From positions 1 through 5,260 of IMG/VR virus record IMGVR_UViG_2877285697_000002: a stretch of 5,260 nucleotides of DNA. One strand, given 5' to 3'. The notes under the pieces were generated by a model. The model made no database searches. It was not told the DNA's origin and was given only the letters and a program-made list of their open reading frames with translations. Position numbers and translations under genes: made by a program. Below are positions 1 through 4,777 of this stretch, piece by piece. Each line of letters starts with the position of its first letter. Position 1 is the first letter of the stretch. This DNA is from a virus. Its lineage: Duplodnaviria; Heunggongvirae; Uroviricota; Caudoviricetes.

Positions 1-210
1 AACCGTCCTCCGTATCCTGTCATACGCGTAAAACAGCCAGCGCTGACGTGATTTAGCACCGACGTAGCCCCACTGTTCGTCCATTTCAGCGCAGACAATC
101 ACATCACTGCCCGGTTGTATGCGCGAGGTTACCGACTGCGGCCTGAGTTTTTTAAGTGACGTAAAACCGTGTTGAGGCCAACGCCCATAATGCGTGCACT
201 GGCGCGACAT
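1..210 (-). CDS. insB: IS1 InsB (transposase catalytic part), 5' portion only; runs off the window edge. Normally expressed as InsAB' by a -1 frameshift.
   Basis: Minus-strand frame starting at the ATG at 210 translates [64 protein letters not shown]..., matching IS1 InsB. Overlaps the insA 3' end with the A6C slippery motif. Confidence 0.85.
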   Translation of the reverse strand, partial: MSRQCTHYGRWPQHGFTSLKKLRPQSVTSRIQPGSDVIVCAEMDEQWGYVGAKSRQRWLFYAYDRIRRTV

Positions 211-404
211 CCGACGCCATTCATGGCCATATCAATGATTTTCTGGTGCGTACCGGGCTGAGAGGCGGTGTAAGTGAACTGTAGTTGCCATGTTTTACGG
301 CAATGAGAGCAGAGATAGCGCTGATGTCCGGCAGTGCTTTTGCCGTTACGCACCACGCCTTCAGTAGCGGAGCAGGAAGGACATCTGATGGAAATGGAAG
401 CCAC
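129..404 (-). CDS. insA: IS1 InsA (transposition regulator, N-terminal part of the InsAB' transposase)
   Basis: 91-aa translation [43 protein letters not shown]... is near-identical to IS1 InsA as I remember it, with a few substitutions (iso-IS1 variant). Includes the zinc-finger-like CPSC...CSHC motif. Confidence 0.92.
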   Translation of the reverse strand: MASISIRCPSCSATEGVVRNGKSTAGHQRYLCSHCRKTWQLQFTYTASQPGTHQKIIDMAMNGVGCRASARIMGVGLNTVLRHLKNSGRSR

Positions 405-459
405 GCAAGCACCTTAAAATCACCATCATACACTAAATCAGTAAGTTGGCAGCATTACC

Positions 460-912
460 TGATTCGATATCCTTTTTCCTGGCTTCAAGTTTTTGTTGCA
501 ATGCGCAGATTTCATGAAACCTTTTTGTTATTTCGTGTTCTGCGCTAAACATGCATTTATCTCTGGTCGGAGTAGGGAGCAATATATCTTCGCCGTTGCC
601 GTCTTTCCCATATGAATACCATCCAACCCTTCTGCCAGATACAGTCAGATAAATTGAAGTAGAACGAATATCGCATGAGTAAAATGAACATCCCATCTTT
701 TCAAGTTCTTCACTTATAGCTACCAACTTGGATGATAACTGATCCACTTCCTCAGTTTTCTTCTTCCCGCCAAACGCAACAACTCTGGCGTCAAGTGCAA
801 GCTGGTTCTTTAGCTTTGTTACTTCTTCAAGTTCAGTGAACACCCCGGACTTAATTAAAGCGTTGCGTGCTATTACTTCTTTTATTCTCGTTGTTAAGCG
901 GATTGATGACAT
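460..912 (-). pseudogene. Hypothetical prophage early-left operon protein, apparently interrupted at its 3' end by IS1. The open frame continues 8 codons into the IS1 inverted repeat before stopping at 433.
   Basis: ORF-track frame 433..927; the likely true start is the ATG at 912 (MSSIRLTTRIKEV...), preceded by GAGAGG 6 nt upstream. The reading frame crosses the IS1 boundary at 459/460. No family recognised; the sequence is charged and looks coiled-coil-like. Confidence 0.5.
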
Positions 913-973
913 ATTAATTCCTCTCAAATAAGTGGTTTGCTACCTAATTTCATTTTCTGGCGACCAACACAAG

Positions 974-1357
974 TCATCTTGCTGTCAGCTGTTTTGATTT
1001 CCGGTAGCCTGCCGCGTAAATGGCTACGTTTGGAAGACATACACCAGTTTCTGGTTGCTTATGTCCAAACTCATTCGCGTACACAATGGCCGCTCGCTCC
1101 AGATTGCGTCTGTATTCTTTCTGTTGCCAGATCACGTCCTGTGCCATGAACTTAATTGGCTTAGCGTCTTCTATGCGCTCAGGCGTTTCGTGAGTACCTT
1201 TAGCCTGAATCTGCGCTCTGCTTAGAGTAGGGCGGTGTAATACTTCTGAACTTATTGCTTCTTCGCGGGCCAGCACGCCGTTAGCTAATGCCTTTGCCTT
1301 TAAACGCTCACGACGACGAGAACGTGAATTGCCTTTGAACTGAGTTCTGCGTGTCAT
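974..1357 (-). CDS. N: N-like transcription antitermination protein (P22 gene 24 / lambda N family)
   Basis: N-terminal arginine-rich motif (GNSRSRRRERLKAKALANG) and C-terminus ...VAIYAAGYRKSKQLTAR resemble P22 gp24 (...VALYAAGHRKSKQITAR, from memory). Strong SD AGGAGG 4-5 nt upstream of the ATG at 1357. Sits downstream of a boxB hairpin and to the left of the repressor gene, as in lambda and P22. Confidence 0.75.
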   Translation of the reverse strand: MTRRTQFKGNSRSRRRERLKAKALANGVLAREEAISSEVLHRPTLSRAQIQAKGTHETPERIEDAKPIKFMAQDVIWQQKEYRRNLERAAIVYANEFGHKQPETGVCLPNVAIYAAGYRKSKQLTAR

Positions 1358-1522
1358 ATAGACCTCCTGATGAACTTTGGTGGTGTGGTAGGTGGGAGAC
1401 CCATTTTGACCTGTTTCGGCCTACTTCAATTCGGCAATAGTCCCGCAGGCCTCGCCGCTTTACGTGCGACATATTCCCGTCCATGAACCCTTCACCACAC
1501 CCCAAAGTTCACTTTGGTTATT

Positions 1523-1537
1523 GCGCTTTGTCAGCGC
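1523..1537 (-). promoter_or_regulatory. nutL boxB RNA hairpin (N-utilisation site)
   Basis: Minus strand reads GCGCTGACAAAGCGC: a 5-bp stem (GCGCU/AGCGC) with loop GACAA, matching P22 boxB as I recall it. Lies about 165 nt upstream of the N start. Not followed by a U-tract, so not a terminator. No convincing boxA found nearby. Confidence 0.6.
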
Positions 1538-1599
1538 CGTAGATTCATATTCGAATCGTTGTATATTCACCGCCCTGGTGAGTAGTGCGTCCTGCTGAT

Positions 1600-1710
1600 G
1601 GCTTAAAGATAATCTAGGTTATAGTGGTGGTCAATAACTTAATTTATGGATTCTGATAAATAAGTTATAAGTGATGGATAATAAAGGTATTTTATTTTTG
1701 TAAATGTTGC
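1600..1710 (-). promoter_or_regulatory. Putative OL/PL early-left promoter and operator region
   Basis: Candidate leftward promoter: -35 TTGACC (complement of 1629-1634), 17-bp spacer, -10 TATCTT (complement of 1606-1611). Shares motifs with the cI-cro intergenic region: GGTTAT-N11-ATAACTT at 1617-1640 versus 4016-4039; GTTATAAGTGATGG at 1664-1677 versus GTTATAAGTAATGG at 4052-4065; ATAATAAAGGT at 1680-1690 versus 4010-4020. Promoter hexamers assigned by eye only. Confidence 0.4.
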
Positions 1711-1813
1711 GGATTGGTCGGTATTGGAAGGGGGGCGCTGTATTGCTGGCGTGTTGGTTCGTGGTTTACCGCATTTGCGGCTGTTAAATATGGGGGACGA
1801 TCGCGAGGCAAAG

Positions 1814-1843
1814 AAAACCCGGCGCGGAAGCCGGGTTTGAGAT
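1814..1843 (-). terminator. Rho-independent terminator, bidirectional in shape and stronger for leftward transcription
   Basis: Stem CCCGGC (1818-1823) / GCCGGG (1830-1835) with a 6-nt loop. On the minus strand it is followed by TTTTCTTTG; on the plus strand by TTTGAGATTT. Confidence 0.5.
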
Positions 1844-1853
1844 TTAGTTATTT

Positions 1854-1988
1854 TCAGCAGCTCGGATAAGAGCGGAAGTGCTGACGAACATGTTCGAGCT
1901 CACCGAAACGTATGCGGCAGTAACTGCGCACATAAACCGGCTTGTCGTGTTCGTAGATGAAGTCATCGCGATTAACATCGTGAGCCAT
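1854..1988 (-). CDS. Possible small protein (44 aa), hypothetical
   Basis: Minus-strand ORF ATG(1988)...TGA(1854-1856) encoding MAHDVNRDDFIYEHDKPVYVRSYCRIRFGELEHVRQHFRSYPSC, with SD AGGAGA 6 nt upstream. Ends about 20 nt before the terminator at 1818-1835. Below the ORF-track size cut-off; no homology recognised. Confidence 0.3.
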   Translation of the reverse strand: MAHDVNRDDFIYEHDKPVYVRSYCRIRFGELEHVRQHFRSYPSC

Positions 1989-2014
1989 AGCTTTTCTCCT
2001 GTTTTTGTATACAG

Positions 2015-2133
2015 CCTGTTTACCCGAACAGGTTGTAGTTTGTTGGGAGAACCGCTATCCTTGGCTTGCGGTTGCCAAGGGTGTAGCGGTAGGTAATCCT
2101 CCATACACTTCGGAAATACTGGATATATTTCCG
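2015..2133 (-). other. Cluster of three stable stem-loops in a non-coding stretch (possible structured RNA or leader)
   Basis: Perfect inverted repeats: CCTGTT-tacccg-AACAGG (2015-2032); CCTTGGC-ttgcggtt-GCCAAGG (2059-2080); CGGAAATA-ctggata-TATTTCCG (2111-2133). None has a clear U-tract. Confidence 0.4.
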
Positions 2134-2136
2134 ACC

Positions 2137-2160
2137 CAAAAAGCCCCGTTCCCTCGGGGC
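2137..2160 (-). terminator. Rho-independent terminator immediately after the stop of the 177-aa gene
   Basis: GCCCCG (2143-2148), loop TTCCCT, CGGGGC (2155-2160). Minus-strand transcript reads GCCCCGagggaaCGGGGCTTTTTGGG. The stop codon of the upstream gene is at 2162-2164. Confidence 0.7.
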
Positions 2161-2161
2161 T

Positions 2162-2695
2162 TTATTCTTTTGTTCCGCCATCAATCATCGCAAAAGATTC
2201 CACAATCAGACTGATACGCTTGGCTTCATCTTTTGTCAGGTCGCGAGGCAGGTTGCCAATGGTGACGATAAGATCTCCGCGCAATGGAATCGGCAGTTCA
2301 AATGTTTTTACACCAACCTGTACGTCAGTTACCGCCTTCTTCTTAGGTGCCATCTTTTTACGCTCCTTTTTTTTATTTACATCACCAACTGACACATTAA
2401 TCTCACCATTCTGGTAGGAGATAAATTTATCAATAGCACTTTGCATCCGGCTTTTGTATGCCTGCAAAGATGATTCAGAGGGTTTGCTTTCTGCTGAGTC
2501 TGCGTACGAACTTGCTAAGTTGGCAACGCTATAATCACGGATATCGGCATCGGTGAAATCCGACCCAAGAACAGTAAGAAGGCGCAGGGAAGAGTCACGG
2601 AGATTGCGGGCTGTAGCATCATTGACGATACCAAGCTCAGGAAGCATCTGTAAGAAGTCCTGAAATGCTTTGATGGTGTAGCTTTTGGTTTGCAT
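2162..2695 (-). CDS. Hypothetical protein, 177 aa, unknown function; accessory (moron-like) gene in the rexAB-equivalent position
   Basis: Uninterrupted ORF with its own terminator. Contains a lysine-rich linker (KKKERKKMAPKKK) between two predicted domains. No family recognised from memory. The start codon at 2695 is immediately preceded by a hairpin and T-tract, with the only SD-like GAGG inside the hairpin arm. An alternative internal start (Met17, near 2647) cannot be excluded. Confidence 0.65.
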   Translation of the reverse strand: MQTKSYTIKAFQDFLQMLPELGIVNDATARNLRDSSLRLLTVLGSDFTDADIRDYSVANLASSYADSAESKPSESSLQAYKSRMQSAIDKFISYQNGEINVSVGDVNKKKERKKMAPKKKAVTDVQVGVKTFELPIPLRGDLIVTIGNLPRDLTKDEAKRISLIVESFAMIDGGTKE

Positions 2696-2722
2696 AAAAA
2701 AGCCTCATACAGTTGATGAGGC
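2696..2722 (-). terminator. Hairpin plus U6 tract directly abutting the ATG of the 177-aa gene; candidate terminator/attenuator that sequesters the SD
   Basis: Minus strand reads GCCTCAT-caactgt-ATGAGGC-TTTTTT-ATG. The 7-bp stem 2702-2722 contains GAGG 7 nt upstream of the start codon. Confidence 0.5.
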
Positions 2723-2884
2723 AATACTAATTTGATCGTCAAAACAAATCAAGACCCAAGAAACAATCGTTGATTCCTTTCTTTGTGACAATACAGTCAA
2801 ATCAAGTTTTACAAGGATTACTTTTCTTCGATTACATTAAAGGCCGCACTTCTGCGACCATCCATCACCAAAATGTCTCTTCAC

Positions 2885-3226
2885 TCATCCGAAGAAGCAG
2901 CAATCCGGGTCAGCACGCACAAGCTCAAGCGCATCAGTCAGCGAAAGTTCAGTACTGTACTGATGCCATTTCATATCCTTCCGCATCCAATAGATTTTCC
3001 ATCTATCCAGAGAACGTATGTACTTGATTCTTGCTGATGGCAGGATGTTTGTTTCACCTGGGTTGCCCTGCCACACGGGGCGCTGTTCGCCGATATCTAT
3101 CGTTTGGTCATTGATGCTATAAACAATATCCAGTTCATTGCGGATATGTTCAGGCGGCCTTATGCTTTCAATGAATTGGTGAACTTCTTTTTTGACCGCT
3201 TGATATTCAAGGTCAGTGAACGCCAT
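2885..3226 (-). CDS. DUF3024-like small protein (113 aa), unknown function; immediately downstream of the repressor gene and probably co-transcribed with it
   Basis: Translation contains ...RPPEHIRNELDIVY...WKIYWMRKDMKWHQY...CCFFG, which resembles the conserved core of DUF3024 family proteins as I recall them (RPP.H.R..L...Y, W.LYWMRRDLKWH.Y, terminal FFG). SD GAGGAGG 4 nt upstream of the ATG at 3226. Only 37 bp from the repressor stop codon. Confidence 0.75.
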   Translation of the reverse strand: MAFTDLEYQAVKKEVHQFIESIRPPEHIRNELDIVYSINDQTIDIGEQRPVWQGNPGETNILPSARIKYIRSLDRWKIYWMRKDMKWHQYSTELSLTDALELVRADPDCCFFG

Positions 3227-3263
3227 CTATCCTCCTCACCCAAACGTTTCTTCAGGCCACTGG

Positions 3264-3971
3264 TTACCAGCTATGCGATGACCAGAATACTCTGCCAATA
3301 ATCCTTACGGTTTTATGAAATTCATCTCTATCCATTACTTCATCCGGGTACTCTTCGCGATTTATTGATCTGATTATCACCGATGTAGGAGTGGCGATTA
3401 ATGTTTTTACTCGCAACAAATCAGACTGGCAAATAGCGTAGGTTTTACCATCTCTGATGGTGGTATCTTGTGTGTTAACACCAACAACATCGCCATCGTG
3501 AAGAGTTGGTTCCATGCTTTGACCTGTTACCCTTACCAGCTTGGCAGAACTTTCAGTTACCCCCATCTTTTTCAGATAGTACTTTCTGAAAACCAAAGAG
3601 AACTCTGATGATTCTTCTATCTCGCAGCTACCGCTTCCAGCCGAAAACGAAACGTTAAGAAGAGGCAATGCGACAAACTCGTCATCGTTTTTTTTAATGT
3701 CTTCCCATACCACAGCTTTTAAAGATGACTCACGGATATTGGATGGTTCTTCATGTGTACCATCCCTCATTTCACCAATACCAGAACTAAGCCATTCAGG
3801 GCGTACTTTTAAAGCATTAGCTAACTCAACCATCTTGCGAGATCCGTTTGTTTTACCGGATGACATCTTCTGTATGGCTGGCTGAGATATTCCAACCATG
3901 TCCGCAAGCTGTGATTGCGACACCCCTGCCGATCTCATGGCTGCATTTAGTCTTTCTGCGAATGTTTTCAT
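3264..3971 (-). CDS. cI: CI-like prophage repressor: N-terminal XRE-type HTH plus C-terminal S24 (LexA-like) autopeptidase domain
   Basis: HTH: QSQLADMVGISQPAIQKMSSGK. S24 signature GQSMEPTL (catalytic Ser) with a downstream LRVKTL (catalytic Lys). Candidate Ala-Gly cleavage site in FSAGSG. Divergent from a cro-like gene across an operator region. The start is placed at ATG 3971 (MKTFAERL...); the ORF-track TTG at 4001 has no SD and is judged less likely. Confidence 0.85.
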   Translation of the reverse strand: MKTFAERLNAAMRSAGVSQSQLADMVGISQPAIQKMSSGKTNGSRKMVELANALKVRPEWLSSGIGEMRDGTHEEPSNIRESSLKAVVWEDIKKNDDEFVALPLLNVSFSAGSGSCEIEESSEFSLVFRKYYLKKMGVTESSAKLVRVTGQSMEPTLHDGDVVGVNTQDTTIRDGKTYAICQSDLLRVKTLIATPTSVIIRSINREEYPDEVMDRDEFHKTVRIIGRVFWSSHSW

Positions 3972-4082
3972 ATCCACAAATCTATAACTACGGTTATCCA
4001 AAGTAAAATAATAAAGGTTATTGCTATTTTTTATAACTTGGGTTATCCTTGGTTATAAGTAATGGCTGAAAGAGGTATGCTC
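3972..4082. promoter_or_regulatory. OR-like divergent promoter/operator region (PRM leftward, PR rightward) with repeated GGTTAT/ATAAC half-sites
   Basis: Half-sites: ATAAC-n4-GTTATCC at 3984-4000 and 4033-4049; GGTTAT-N11-ATAAC at 4016-4037; GGTTATAAGTAATGG at 4051-4065. Candidate PR: -35 TTGCTA (4021-4026), 17-bp spacer, -10 TATCCT (4044-4049). Exact promoter elements not resolved. Confidence 0.6.
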
Positions 4083-4307
4083 ATGAATTTAGTAATTCAA
4101 CGAGCCTTGAAGATTGTCGGTAGTCAAAAGCGGCTTGCCGACAAGTGTGGTGTAACGCAGCCAGCAGTACACAAATGGCGGAAAGGCGGGCAGGTTTCTC
4201 CAGAGAAAGTTACCGCCATCGTTAACGCCACTGGAGGGCAGATCAAGGCTTACGAAATTCGCCCAGATTTACCACACCTGTTTCCAAAACCGAATCAGGC
4301 AGCATAA
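4083..4307 (+). CDS. cro: Cro-like small HTH regulator (Cro/YdaS-type)
   Basis: 74 aa from ATG 4083 with SD AGAGG (4071-4075) 7 nt upstream. HTH-like QKRLADKCGVTQPAVHKWRKGG. Divergent from the repressor gene; small size and position are typical of Cro. Confidence 0.8.
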   Translation: MNLVIQRALKIVGSQKRLADKCGVTQPAVHKWRKGGQVSPEKVTAIVNATGGQIKAYEIRPDLPHLFPKPNQAA

Positions 4308-4314
4308 GTAACAC

Positions 4315-4360
4315 CGCTATTTTCACAATGGGCATTCGTCCTACGTCGCTGACAAAGCGA
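4315..4360 (+). promoter_or_regulatory. nutR-like site: boxA-like CGCTATTTT followed by a boxB hairpin
   Basis: boxA-like 4315-4323 (CGCTATTTT versus consensus CGCTCTTTA). boxB 4346-4360 TCGCTGACAAAGCGA: 5-bp stem with loop GACAA, the same loop as the nutL boxB at 1523-1537. Located between cro and cII, as in lambda. Confidence 0.55.
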
Positions 4361-4445
4361 GTTCCAAGATATCTGACCAACTAAGGCCATATGCGTTTCC
4401 ATGCATACCTTTCAACTAACTATTCACTATTGGAAATCTTAAGAA

Positions 4446-4745
4446 ATGGAACAAACAAGTTACAGCAAACTATCACAGCGCGATGTTGATCGCGCAGAAA
4501 CAGATTTACTCATCAACCTGTCAACGCTTACCCAGCGCGGTCTGGCAAAGATGATTGGCTGTCATGAATCGAAGATAAGCAGAACGGACTGGAGATTTAT
4601 TGCTTCGGTCTTGTGTGCTTTCGGAATGGCATCAGACATCAGTCCGATTAGCAGGGCTTTTAAGTATGCGCTTGATGGACTCACCAATAAAAAACGCCCG
4701 GTGTGCAAGACCGAGCGTTCTGATCAAATACAAATGGAATTCTGA
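4446..4745 (+). CDS. cII: CII-like transcriptional activator (lambda CII family)
   Basis: C-terminus ...LTNKKRPVCKTERSDQIQMEF closely matches lambda CII ...LTNKKRPAATERSEQIQMEF (from memory). HTH region KMIGCHESKISRTDW aligns with lambda AVGVDKSQISRWKRDW. Position right of cro matches. Confidence 0.88.
   Translation: MEQTSYSKLSQRDVDRAETDLLINLSTLTQRGLAKMIGCHESKISRTDWRFIASVLCAFGMASDISPISRAFKYALDGLTNKKRPVCKTERSDQIQMEF
4455..4468 (-). promoter_or_regulatory. Candidate CII-binding site / PRE -35 region (TTGC-N6-TTGT on the minus strand)
   Basis: Complement of 4455-4468 reads TTGCtgtaacTTGT, one mismatch from the TTGC-N6-TTGC CII recognition repeat. Lies in the 5' end of cII and is oriented leftward, as in lambda PRE. 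Confidence 0.35.
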
Positions 4746-4777
4746 GGTCATTACTGGATCTATCAACAGGAGTAATT

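Larger units (their letters stand above)
1..459 (-). mobile_element. IS1 insertion sequence, partial (about 459 of ~768 bp; remainder lies left of the window). Terminal inverted repeat ends at 459.
   Basis: Reverse complement of 421-459 is GGTAATGCTGCCAACTTACTGATTTAGTGTATGATGGTG, matching the IS1 terminal inverted repeat as I recall it, with one mismatch. Contains insA and the start of insB in the canonical arrangement, including the A6C frameshift motif (TTAAAAAAC on the minus strand, about 147-155). Confidence 0.9.

Noticed and set aside
221-548. ORFs 221..433 (-) and 285..548 (+) overlapping insA and the IS1 end
   Set aside because: They are alternative frames or antisense of the well-supported IS1 insA and inverted repeat, with no independent signals.
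937-1505. ORFs 937..1149 (+) and 1308..1505 (-)
   Set aside because: The first is antisense to the N-like gene. The second overlaps the N start and leader in another frame and would cover the nutL leader region. Neither has an RBS or a recognisable product.
1545-1560. TTCGAAT motif reminiscent of a tRNA T-loop
   Set aside because: No flanking GG/CC T-stem, no acceptor or anticodon arms nearby. Not a tRNA or tRNA-derived att site.
2015-2160. Possibility that the hairpin cluster is a retron msr/msd or a CRISPR/REP-type repeat
   Set aside because: No reverse transcriptase gene in the window, no flanking a1/a2 repeats, and the hairpins are unrelated in sequence and irregularly spaced (not an array).
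1844-2214. ORFs 1844..2104 (-), 1878..2096 (+) and 2005..2214 (+)
   Set aside because: They span the hairpin-rich non-coding stretch and the terminator, have low-complexity translations and no RBS. The shorter 44-aa frame with an SD at 1854..1988 is the only plausible coding candidate here.
2220-3301. Plus-strand ORFs 2220..2417, 2770..3027 and 3104..3301, and minus ORF 2515..2742
   Set aside because: Antisense or out-of-frame overlaps of the 177-aa, DUF3024-like and repressor genes. No start signals.
3697-3885. ORF 3697..3885 (+), 62 aa
   Set aside because: Lies entirely antisense within the repressor gene.
3972-4082. Extended N-termini suggested by the ORF track (TTG at 4001 for the repressor; start at 4062 for cro)
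   Set aside because: The TTG at 4001 has no SD and would put coding sequence over the operator half-sites. The cro-like gene has a well-spaced SD for the ATG at 4083, while the upstream candidates do not.
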